A stretch of DNA of 64,000 nt from Candidatus Limnocylindrales bacterium (GTDB lineage: Bacteria > Chloroflexota > Limnocylindria > Limnocylindrales > CSP1-4): contig JBKKDM010000008.1 of the NCBI GenBank assembly GCA_046707905.1, positions 3,367 to 67,366 of the forward strand. Direction: 5' to 3'. How positions within the stretch are numbered: the stretch's first letter is position 1; each line of letters opens with the position of its first letter. Below are positions 9,304-17,267 of the stretch, one piece after another. The notes beneath the pieces are model-generated. The model did not search any database and had not been told where the DNA came from. It worked only from the letters and a program-made list of their open reading frames with translations. The position numbers and the translations under genes are program-made.

Positions 9304-9930
9304 GTGACTCCGAGGACGTACAACCAGGACCGTCGCGCCGAGTCGGCCGCAGCAACGAGTCTGCGAATCCGTGTCGCCGCGCGTTCGTTGTACCGGGAGC
9401 TCGGCATCTCCGGCACGACGACGGCCGCGATCGCGAAACGAGCCGACGTTGCCCGCGGCACGATCCTCAATCACTTCGGTTCCGCCGATGGGCTTCTGGA
9501 GGCCGTCCTCGACGACGTCGCGATCACGATGGATATTCCGGATGCGCGGATCCAGGACGGGGTCGACGCAGAGCCTGATCGCATCCGGCGATACGTCGAT
9601 TCGATGTTCCGCTTCTACGTGCGCAGCGAGGAGGACTGGCCGGCCTTCGCCAGGGACATGGAGCACCCGGTGCTCCAGAAGCGAGCGGCTGTGTACTACG
9701 AGACCGCCGCACGGCTCTTCGAGGCGACGTTCCGCGATCTCGCCGCGGACCGGGTCGTGGCAGCGGCGACTCGGGCGTACGTGAACTACGCCCCGCTCCA
9801 TGACCTTCGGGCAGCCGGGCTGAACCTGGAGGAGTCCATCGAGGTCGTCGGGAACAGCCTCATCGCGCTCGCGCGGGAGCGCCGGAATCTGGCCGAGCAA
9901 CCAGCACAGCGAGAGGGGAGGGAGGTCTGA
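9304..9930 (+). CDS. TetR-family transcriptional regulator
   Basis: N-terminal HTH: RIRVAARSLYRELGISGTTTAAIAKRADVARGTILNHFGS. Confidence 0.85.
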   Translation: MTPRTYNQDRRAESAAATSLRIRVAARSLYRELGISGTTTAAIAKRADVARGTILNHFGSADGLLEAVLDDVAITMDIPDARIQDGVDAEPDRIRRYVDSMFRFYVRSEEDWPAFARDMEHPVLQKRAAVYYETAARLFEATFRDLAADRVVAAATRAYVNYAPLHDLRAAGLNLEESIEVVGNSLIALARERRNLAEQPAQREGREV

Positions 9931-9932
9931 CC

Positions 9933-10319
9933 ATGCGCCCACTGTTTCGACAGCTCCACGCCGCGGTGGCGTGGCTGCTCGTCGGCTCGATCGTCGTCCA
10001 GGTCTGGCTCGCCGGAACGGCGATCGTGCAGTTCGGCGGGAACGGCAACTTCGAGAACCATCGGAATCTCGGCTATTTGATCGGGCTGATCGCGCTCGTG
10101 CTCGTCCTCACGGCCATCCCGACCGGTCTCGGCCGGCGGCGGATCCTGCAGAGCCTCGGGATCCTCGGCCTATACATCGTGCAGTCGTCGCTGCCGTACA
10201 TCGGCGTCAACGCCATCGAGGCGCTCCACCCGGTCAACGCCGTCGTGATATTCCTCGTCTCGCTGGTCTACGCCCGCGCGGTTTCGCGCGAGCCGACGCC
10301 GGCGCTGGCCGCGGCGTGA
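9933..10319 (+). CDS. small integral membrane protein (4 predicted TM helices)
   Basis: Starts 3 nt after the tetR stop. Hydrophobic segments WLLVGSIVVQVWLAG, LIGLIALVLVLTAI, LGILGLYIVQ, VVIFLVSLVYA. Confidence 0.6.
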   Translation: MRPLFRQLHAAVAWLLVGSIVVQVWLAGTAIVQFGGNGNFENHRNLGYLIGLIALVLVLTAIPTGLGRRRILQSLGILGLYIVQSSLPYIGVNAIEALHPVNAVVIFLVSLVYARAVSREPTPALAAA

Positions 10320-10347
10320 GCCCAATGAAGACAGGAGGGAAACGAGG

Positions 10348-10851
10348 ATGGACCTGACGCCCTACATCCGCTGGATCGTGTTCCTGCACGTGCTTGGCGG
10401 ATTCGTGTTCGCGGCCGGCCATGGCGTTTCGATGCTCGTCGCGTTTCGAGTGCGGCGCGAGACGGATCGCGCCCGCATGGCGGCGTTGCTCGACCTTTCG
10501 GCAGTCTCCGTGGCCGTCGCCACCATCGCCCTGATCGTCCTGCTCATCGCCGGCATCCTCGCGGGCGTGGTCCTGAACTCGTGGTCGAAGACGTGGATCT
10601 GGGTCTCGCTCGTGCTCCTGGTCGCCATCGGATTCGCGATGACGCCGCTGGGGCTCGGTCATTTCAACCGGATCCGTGTCGCTCTCGGCCTGCGGACGCG
10701 AGACTTCAAGGAGGGTCAGCCCGACCCGATCCCGGCTTCGGACGAGGAGCTCGCGGCGGCCCTCGCCTCGCGGCGGCCTGAGCTCCTGCTCGCGATCGGC
10801 GGGGTCGGGTTCGTGGCGATCCTCTGGCTGATGATGTTCCGGCCGTTCTGA
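10348..10851 (+). CDS. integral membrane protein
   Basis: GGAGGGAAACGAGG precedes the ATG. At least four hydrophobic helices (IVFLHVLGGFVFAAGHGV and others). Confidence 0.6.
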   Translation: MDLTPYIRWIVFLHVLGGFVFAAGHGVSMLVAFRVRRETDRARMAALLDLSAVSVAVATIALIVLLIAGILAGVVLNSWSKTWIWVSLVLLVAIGFAMTPLGLGHFNRIRVALGLRTRDFKEGQPDPIPASDEELAAALASRRPELLLAIGGVGFVAILWLMMFRPF

Positions 10852-10907
10852 GAACCGGGCGGGTGCCGGGTTCGGGACGGCTCGTCGCCCTCCCGTAGAC
10901 TCCGGGC

Positions 10908-11951
10908 GTGCGAGTCGCCCACGTTCGCGAGCGGCATGGCGCGGCCGGTGCGCCGTGGCGTCTCGCCGCGGCCCGGACGTGGCAGGACGGGCCGTGGCTC
11001 GATCTCGAGGTGGTCCGACGGCGGCTGGTGGCCGCGGACCCGCAACGGACCCACAACGCGGTCCTGTTTCGCCAGCCGATCACCACGCTCGACGACCACC
11101 TTGCCCGTGGCCTTCGGATCGACGCGCTCGGCGAGCTCGTCGACGGGTTCAACGTCGCCGGCGGCCCTCGCGACGCCGACGACGATGCCGTCCTCGGGGA
11201 GCGGGATCTCGCCTTCGGTCCGCCCGTTCTTCGGCCGCCGTCGTTTCGCGACTTCTACGCTTTCGAGCAGCATGTCGCCACGATGTGGTCGCGGCGCCAG
11301 AACGAGATCCCGGAGGCCTGGTACCGCCTGCCGATCTTCTACTTCTCGAACGTCTCCGAGGTCCGCGGGCCCAACGACGCCGTGTGGGCGCCGCGGGACT
11401 CGAAGGAGCTCGACTTCGAGCTCGAGGTCGGCGCCATCGTGGATACGCCGGCATTCGACCTGCCGCCGGAGCGAGCCGCCGAGGCGATCGGTGGCTATCT
11501 CCTCCTCAACGACTGGTCGGCGCGGGACCTCCAGCGCGACGAGTCGACCGTCCGCCTGGGCCCGGCTAAGGGCAAGGACTTCGCGCTGAGCATCGGACCC
11601 TGGATCGTGACCCCGGATGAGCTCGCAGACCGCATCGGGGACGACGCGAAGGCGCCCGACCTCGAGCTGACCGCCACGGTCGCGGGAGCGGACGGAACGG
11701 TGGCCGAGGTCTCGCGGGGCTCGTGGTCGGTCGCGCGCTACTCGTTCGGGGAGATGCTCGCGCGCGCCTCGGCTGACGTCCACGTCCGCCCGGGCGACCT
11801 CCTCGGCAGCGGGACGCTCGGGACCGGCTGCCTGTTGGAGGTCAAGGACGCGACGCTCGGGCGGTGGCTGGAGCCGGGCGACCTCGTGACCCTCGCCGGC
11901 GACCGGCTCGGCCGGCTGGATACCCCGATCGTGGTGCGGCCCGGCCGGTAG
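10908..11951 (+). CDS. fumarylacetoacetate hydrolase (FAH) family protein
   Basis: PIFYFSNVSEVRGPND, ELDFELEVGAIV, LLNDWSARDLQ, GPAKGKDFALSIGPWIVT, GDLLGSGT. Confidence 0.8.
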   Translation: MRVAHVRERHGAAGAPWRLAAARTWQDGPWLDLEVVRRRLVAADPQRTHNAVLFRQPITTLDDHLARGLRIDALGELVDGFNVAGGPRDADDDAVLGERDLAFGPPVLRPPSFRDFYAFEQHVATMWSRRQNEIPEAWYRLPIFYFSNVSEVRGPNDAVWAPRDSKELDFELEVGAIVDTPAFDLPPERAAEAIGGYLLLNDWSARDLQRDESTVRLGPAKGKDFALSIGPWIVTPDELADRIGDDAKAPDLELTATVAGADGTVAEVSRGSWSVARYSFGEMLARASADVHVRPGDLLGSGTLGTGCLLEVKDATLGRWLEPGDLVTLAGDRLGRLDTPIVVRPGR

Positions 11952-12000
11952 TCCTTCCAAGGGGGTTGACGCGCCATCGTGCGATGGGCGACTATTCCGA

Positions 12001-12027
12001 CTAACTCCACTAAATCGGTGGACTTAG
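12001..12027. promoter_or_regulatory. imperfect inverted repeat in AT-rich leader of the TauE/Rrf2 operon
   Basis: CTAACTCCAC-N7-GTGGACTTAG (one central mismatch), about 60 nt upstream of the tauE-like ATG. TTGACG lies at 11966. Confidence 0.35.
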
Positions 12028-12088
12028 TGAACTGAATGTGCCGGCGCGCCACCACGGCGCCTATGCCTCGGTCCAGGAGGAGAACCGG

Positions 12089-13018
12089 ATGCCGACCCTC
12101 ATCGCGATCGCCTTCGCCGGCTTCATCGCTCAGCTGGTCGACGGCTCGCTGGGCATGGGATACGGGGTCACGTCGACCAGCCTGTTGCTGACGCTGGGGC
12201 TGGCGCCCGCGCTCGCGTCCGCCTCGGTCCATCTCGCGGAGATCGGCACCTCCGGGGTTTCGGGCATCTCCCACTGGCGGCTCGGGAACGTCAACGGAAG
12301 GGTGCTCCTGATGATCGGCATCCCAGGTGGCGTGGGGGCGTTCCTTGGCGCCGTGGTGCTCTCGAACCTGTCGCTCGATGCCGCGCGTCCATGGGTTTCG
12401 ATTGTCCTGCTGGTGCTCGGCGCGGTCATCCTGATCCGCTTTCTCCACGGCCGTCGGGTCGCGGCAGCGAAGGAGGCTGGTCTCGAAGCACCCGCCCCGA
12501 TCGGCTCGAAGGCCACCGCGACGCAACGCCGCTGGGCGCTCATCCCGCTTGGCCTCGTCGGCGGCTTCCTCGATGCCAGCGGTGGCGGTGGCTGGGGTCC
12601 GGTCACAACCTCCACGCTGATGGCCTCGAGCCGGATGCAACCGCGGAAGATCATCGGGACGGTCAGCGGCTCGGAGTTCATCGTCTCGATCTGCGCGAGC
12701 ATCGGTTTCCTGCTGGCGCTCGGTTCCGCCGGCCTCGACTTTGGGATCGTGGCGATGATGCTGCTCGGTGGCGTGATCGCGGCGCCGCTCTCCGCCTTTC
12801 TCGTGAGCCGGATGAACGACCAGGTGCTGGGGACCGGCGTCGGGGCGTTGATCATCTTCCTCAACGTCGATCGAGCGCTGTCGCTGTTCGGTGTCAATCC
12901 TTCGATCGGCCTCGCCCTGCGCGTCCTCGTGATCATCGTGGGCGTCGCCTTCGTTTCGTGGCTCTACGTTCGGAATCGCAGCCGGCGACTCGCGGCAGCA
13001 AGCACACCGGCGGCCTGA
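12089..13018 (+). CDS. TauE/SafE-family anion exporter
   Basis: AGGAGG precedes the ATG at 12089. FIAQLVDGSLGMGYGVTSTSLLL and GFLDASGGGGWGPV motifs; polytopic. Confidence 0.8.
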   Translation: MPTLIAIAFAGFIAQLVDGSLGMGYGVTSTSLLLTLGLAPALASASVHLAEIGTSGVSGISHWRLGNVNGRVLLMIGIPGGVGAFLGAVVLSNLSLDAARPWVSIVLLVLGAVILIRFLHGRRVAAAKEAGLEAPAPIGSKATATQRRWALIPLGLVGGFLDASGGGGWGPVTTSTLMASSRMQPRKIIGTVSGSEFIVSICASIGFLLALGSAGLDFGIVAMMLLGGVIAAPLSAFLVSRMNDQVLGTGVGALIIFLNVDRALSLFGVNPSIGLALRVLVIIVGVAFVSWLYVRNRSRRLAAASTPAA

Positions 13019-13080
13019 GGCCGGGACCGGGTGCCCGGCGTCGACCGCGTGGGGCAAATGTCGCTCCGAAGACTCGCGGG

Positions 13081-13536
13081 GTGAGAGTCTCCGCGAGGGC
13101 CGACTACGCGATCCGGGCGCTCCTGGAGCTGGCCTCGGCCGGGGAGGAGCCGGTTCGGGCCGAGGCCATCGCGCGCGCCCAGGCGATCCCGTCGAAGTTC
13201 CTCGAGAACCTGCTCGTCGACCTGCGTCGCTCACGCCTCGTGGTGAGCCAGCGGGGGCGGATCGGTGGCTACCGGCTCGCGAGGCCTGCCGGACAGATCA
13301 CCTTGGCGGACGTCATCCGGGCGATCGACGGGCCGCTGGCCGGCGTTCGCGACGACGCGCCCGAGGACGTCTCGTACGCAGGTGCCGCCACGGCCCTCCG
13401 GGACGTCTGGATCGCGCTCCGCGCGAGCATGCGGGCCGTGCTCGAGGCAACGACCCTGGCGGACGTGGCGACCGGGAAGCTGCCCGCGAACGTGCGGCGG
13501 CTCTTGAAGGACCCGGAGGCGTGGAGTCGCCGGTGA
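13081..13536 (+). CDS. Rrf2-family transcriptional regulator
   Basis: VRVSARADYAIRALLELA ... IPSKFLENLLVDLRRSRLVVSQRGRIGGYRLARP. GTG at 13081 is in frame within track ORF 12391-13536. Confidence 0.85.
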   Translation: MRVSARADYAIRALLELASAGEEPVRAEAIARAQAIPSKFLENLLVDLRRSRLVVSQRGRIGGYRLARPAGQITLADVIRAIDGPLAGVRDDAPEDVSYAGAATALRDVWIALRASMRAVLEATTLADVATGKLPANVRRLLKDPEAWSRR

Positions 13537-13565
13537 ACGCGCGACGTTAGCCCCGGAGCGTCGAC

Positions 13566-14111
13566 CTACTGCTCGGCGTCCTCGTCGGGCTGGCGCCGGC
13601 GGTAGAGCGGCAGCGCCCACCACAGGGCGGCGTACACGATGACCGTCACGACCGTTGCGATCGCCGCGGGGCCCGGGCCATAGACCACGTCGGTGATGAG
13701 GAAGATCGCGCAGGCGATCCCCAGCGCCACGAACGCGGTTCCGACGATAGCGAGCTGGTTCGCGTCCCGGAGCATCTGCTCCTTGCTCCGGCGTCGGAAG
13801 TTGAGCCGGTGGTAGACCGACGGCGCGATCAGCAACGCGCTCGCCAGCGCGCTCGCCGCCAGCGCAGCGAAGTACACATGCCGGGCGAGGTCCTCCAGGG
13901 CCGAGAAACCCTGCTGGAACGGCAGAATCAGGAGGAACGCGAACAGCACCTGGACGCCCGGGAGGGCCACCCGGAGCTCGTTCAGGAGCTCGATCAGCTC
14001 CCGATCCACTCGCTCCTTGCGGTTCTCGTCAGGCTTCAGGTGGCCGGTCTCGTCGATGGGCGATTGGTCTGGCACGCCCCAACTGTGCGCTACGCGGGGT
14101 TGCAAAGGCAC
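13566..14111 (-). CDS. membrane protein, DUF6328-like
   Basis: ELLNELRVALPGVQVLFAFLLILPF followed by two more TM helices. Confidence 0.6.
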   Translation of the reverse strand: MPLQPRVAHSWGVPDQSPIDETGHLKPDENRKERVDRELIELLNELRVALPGVQVLFAFLLILPFQQGFSALEDLARHVYFAALAASALASALLIAPSVYHRLNFRRRSKEQMLRDANQLAIVGTAFVALGIACAIFLITDVVYGPGPAAIATVVTVIVYAALWWALPLYRRRQPDEDAEQ

Positions 14112-14125
14112 GTGGGCGCCGTCAC

Positions 14126-14156
14126 TGAACGTTTCGAGGCAACCGCCCCGTCATAG
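14126..14156 (+). promoter_or_regulatory. ECF-type promoter candidate for pair 3 (TGAAC-N20-TCATAG)
   Basis: Same motif and spacing. The hexamer ends 4 nt before the GTG at 14160. Confidence 0.5.
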
Positions 14157-14198
14157 GCAGTGATCGTGGCGACTACGCTGCGACGCCGGAGGGGTCGA

Positions 14199-14750
14199 GT
14201 GGAACGAGACCTGGTCGAGCGGGCCCGTACAGGGGATCGCGAGGCATTCGCCGTCCTAGTGCACCAGGTAAGCGACTCGCTTTACGCGGTGGCCTACCGG
14301 ATCCTGCGCGACACGGGCCTCGCCGAGGACGCGCTGCAGAACGCCCTCGTCCTTGCCTGGCGCCGGCTGCCCAGGCTCCGGGATCCGGACCGTTTCGAGG
14401 CCTGGATCCATCGGATCCTCGTCCACGCCTGCTACGACGAGTCCCAGCGGACCCGGTCGTGGCGAACCAACGTGACCGTCCTGCCGATCGAAGGCCCGGG
14501 ACGCAGCGACGAGTCCGCGGCGATCGCCGATCGCGACGAGCTCGAGCGCGCGTACCGCCAGCTCACCGTCGAGCAGCGCGCGGTCTTCGTCCTGCACCAC
14601 TACCTCGGGCTGCCGCTCGTGGAGGTCGCCGAGCTGCTCGGCATCCCCGCCGGCACGGCTCGATCGCGACTCCACTACGCCATCGCCGGGCTCCGGCGGG
14701 CCCTCACGGCCAGGCCCGAGCCCCTCGCCCGGGAAGGACGACTCGCATGA
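14199..14750 (+). CDS. ECF sigma factor, paralog 3
   Basis: GTG at 14199 after GGAGGGG gives VERDLVERARTGDREAF, aligned with the paralog N-termini. The track start at 14160 is a possible leaderless alternative. Confidence 0.85.
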   Translation: MERDLVERARTGDREAFAVLVHQVSDSLYAVAYRILRDTGLAEDALQNALVLAWRRLPRLRDPDRFEAWIHRILVHACYDESQRTRSWRTNVTVLPIEGPGRSDESAAIADRDELERAYRQLTVEQRAVFVLHHYLGLPLVEVAELLGIPAGTARSRLHYAIAGLRRALTARPEPLAREGRLA

Positions 14751-15637
14751 CCGACGATCGAACGCTCGAACGCGCCGCGCGATCGTGGCTGGATGAGGGC
14801 CCGACCCGGGCCCCCGACCGACCCGTCGAGGACGCCCTCGCCCGGATCCAGACGACATCCCAGGAACGCGGGCTCGCACTCCGATGGAGGACTCCACCAA
14901 TGCTGTCTCGACTCGCGGTCGCCGCCGCCGTCACGGTGCTCACCGTCGGCGGGATCTATGCGGCCGGCGGCTTTACCAATCACGCCCTCCCGAGCGCGGG
15001 TGCCTCACCCACGGCGACCGCGCTCGCGAGTGTCCCGCGGCCGTGCAACTCGCAGCTGATCCCGAACTTGCTGTTGACCTCGGGCTGCACCTATGCGTCT
15101 AGCGAGTTCGTGCATCCCTTCACGGTCCGGGGAGATGCTCGTTGGCTGTCGGGCGGCGAGTTTGCCTCCGGTGCCGAGTTCACTGGCTCCGGCGCGACCG
15201 TGGAATACGCCATCGTGCAGCTCATCGTCCTCACGGCGGTCCAGGCTCCGATCTCCTGCGATGGGGGCAGCGCTCCGCCGCCACCGACCGTCGTGCCGAC
15301 GTCCGCCGTCGAGTACCTCGCCTGGCTCGACACGATCGCGGGCGTTGCCCTGCCTCGACAATCGACGACCTTCGGGGGGCTGCCGGCCACACGTGTCGAC
15401 ATCACGTCGCGGGAGACCGAGTGTCCACCAGATTCCTACCCAGGCTGGGTTGGCCAGTCTGGCGTCGGCGCAAACGGGGAGATGCTCGAAGCGAGTTGCT
15501 TCGGTTCGTGCGCGGTGTATGTCGTGGAGGACGGCGACCTGCTGCTTGTCGCGACGGTCAGCGTCCAAGGCCACGAAGGCATCCAATTGAGCCCGCCGGT
15601 CGCCGCGTTCCTCGACGGTCTCCGCTTCGCTCCCTGA
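14747..15637 (+). CDS. single-pass membrane partner of ECF sigma 3
   Basis: ATGA overlap. WLDEGPTRAPDRPVEDALARIQTTSQERGLALRWR plus one TM helix. Cys-rich ectodomain ending LDGLRFAP. The track ORF start at 14459 overlaps the sigma gene. Confidence 0.65.
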   Translation: MTDDRTLERAARSWLDEGPTRAPDRPVEDALARIQTTSQERGLALRWRTPPMLSRLAVAAAVTVLTVGGIYAAGGFTNHALPSAGASPTATALASVPRPCNSQLIPNLLLTSGCTYASSEFVHPFTVRGDARWLSGGEFASGAEFTGSGATVEYAIVQLIVLTAVQAPISCDGGSAPPPPTVVPTSAVEYLAWLDTIAGVALPRQSTTFGGLPATRVDITSRETECPPDSYPGWVGQSGVGANGEMLEASCFGSCAVYVVEDGDLLLVATVSVQGHEGIQLSPPVAAFLDGLRFAP

Positions 15638-15716
15638 GAAGGAGCCCGCTGGTCGGGCGACCCACATGCCACAGCCATAGACTGGCCTTCGCAGATCGCG
15701 GAGGCCAGTCGAGTCC

Positions 15717-16940
15717 ATGTACTACGTCCGCCACGGTTCGATCCCCCAGCAGCGCCACACCCAGCACCGCCAGCCCGATGGCAGCCTCTACGCCGAGGAG
15801 CTGTTCGGGGTCGAGGGGTTCTCGGGCCGCAGCTCGCTGCTCTACCACCTCGTGCCGCCGACGCGGACGCACAAGATCGAGCCGGTCCGGGAGATCAAGC
15901 TCGAGGCCGCGGACGACAAGGCCCATCGCCACCACCTGACCAAGACCGGCGCAGTCGAGCCCAAGGGCGACGCGATCTCGGGGCGGATCCCCCTGTACTT
16001 CAACCACGACGTCGTGTTCGGGATCGTCCGACCGGCCGAGGCGATGCCCGAGAACCAGTTCTACCGCAACGGCGTCGCGGACGAGATGCTCTTCATCCAT
16101 GAGGGCTCGGGCGTCTGCGACACCGTCTTCGGGCCGCTGCGGTACGGCCCCGGCGCCTACCTCGTCCTGCCCATCGGCACGACCTGGCGGCTCGAGCCCG
16201 ACGTTGGCTCAGCGCAGCGAATCCTGTACCTCGAGGCGCCGTCGGAGATCGAGCCGCCGAAGCGCTATCGAAACGACTACGGCCAGCTGCTCGAGCATTC
16301 GCCGTACTCGCAGCGCGACCTCGACGCGCCCGAGGATGTCGCGCCGCGTGACGAGCGCGGGGAGTTCGTGGTCCACGTCCGCTCGACCGACCGACTGACG
16401 GCCTACCACTTCGAGCATCACCCGTTCGACGTCGTCGGCTGGGACGGCTACCTCTGGCCGTTCCGGTTCAACATCGCGAACTTCCAGCCGATCACCGGCA
16501 GAGTCCACCAGCCGCCGCCGGTCCACCAGACGTTCCAGGCCCGGAACTTCGTCGTCTGCTCGTTCGTGCCCCGGAAGTTCGACTACCACCCCCTCGCGAT
16601 CCCGGCGCCCTACAACCACTCGAACATCAACAGCGACGAGGTCATCTACTACGTCGCCGGTAACTTCATGAGCCGCCGCGGGGTCGACATCGCCTCGTTC
16701 ACGCTCCACCCCGCCGGGATCCCGCACGGACCGCACCCGGGCTCGGTGGAGGCGTCGATCGGCAAGGAGGGGACGGAGGAGCTCGCCGTGATGGTCGACA
16801 CGTTCCATCCGCTCCATCTCACGAAGGCGGCGATGGAGCTCGACGACGACCGCTACCCGTACTCGTGGATCCCGCCGGAGGATGCTGAAGGACACGCCTC
16901 CGAGCTCGCGGAGCGAGGCCCGGAGGCATTTCCCGACTGA
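15717..16940 (+). CDS. hmgA: homogentisate 1,2-dioxygenase
   Basis: MYYVRHGSIPQQRHTQHR, FVPRKFDYHPLAIPAPYNHSNINSDEVIYY, HPAGIPHGPHPG. Confidence 0.9.
   Translation: MYYVRHGSIPQQRHTQHRQPDGSLYAEELFGVEGFSGRSSLLYHLVPPTRTHKIEPVREIKLEAADDKAHRHHLTKTGAVEPKGDAISGRIPLYFNHDVVFGIVRPAEAMPENQFYRNGVADEMLFIHEGSGVCDTVFGPLRYGPGAYLVLPIGTTWRLEPDVGSAQRILYLEAPSEIEPPKRYRNDYGQLLEHSPYSQRDLDAPEDVAPRDERGEFVVHVRSTDRLTAYHFEHHPFDVVGWDGYLWPFRFNIANFQPITGRVHQPPPVHQTFQARNFVVCSFVPRKFDYHPLAIPAPYNHSNINSDEVIYYVAGNFMSRRGVDIASFTLHPAGIPHGPHPGSVEASIGKEGTEELAVMVDTFHPLHLTKAAMELDDDRYPYSWIPPEDAEGHASELAERGPEAFPD
16830..16940 (+). repeat. direct repeat copy 1, the native 3' end of hmgA including an embedded hairpin
   Basis: 111 nt that re-occur at 24286-24396, with about 15 mismatches by my hand count. 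Hairpin GCCTCCG..CTCGC-GGA-GCGAG..CGGAGGC. Confidence 0.8.
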
Positions 16941-17267
16941 CCTTCGCGGCGTACGCTCGCCGGGATGGACTCTCGAGCCGATGCGCCCGCCGTTGATGAC
17001 GCGCCTGCCGCATCCGAGACGAGCGATATCCGCAGTTCCGGTCGGGACGTGGACCTGGCCGGCCGCGACCTCCTCGAGCTTGCGCGTCTCGCTGCTGCTG
17101 CTGGCGACGCGGGCGCCGCACAGGCGTTGGTAACAGGCGCGCTGGGCTCCACCGAACCCGCCGTGGCAGGCGAGGCTGCCACGCTTTCGCTGCGGGCCGA
17201 TGGAACCCCCGAGGGCGCCCGACCGCGACTGCGGCGCGGACGGCGCGGCGAGGCAGAGCCCCGCTAG

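Noticed and set aside
10716-11960. 414-aa minus-strand ORF
   Set aside because: It is antisense to the FAH-family gene, Arg/Pro/Gly-rich and has no motifs. This is a typical GC-driven shadow ORF.
11738-13234. 498-aa minus-strand ORF
   Set aside because: It is antisense to the TauE/SafE transporter and the Rrf2 gene, and its composition is extremely Arg/Asp/Pro-rich.
15725-15745. GGTTCGATCCC string resembling a tRNA T-loop
   Set aside because: The flanking bases cannot form a T-stem or the rest of a cloverleaf, and the string lies inside the hmgA coding frame (HGSIPQ). No tRNA was found anywhere in the window by eye.
16965-17267. 100-aa plus-strand ORF in the spacer between hmgA and gene D
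   Set aside because: Low-complexity Ala/Asp/Gly product, no RBS seen, and many A/T-ending codons without clear periodicity. It ends exactly at the stop of gene D. It cannot be excluded as a small island gene, but it is unsupported.
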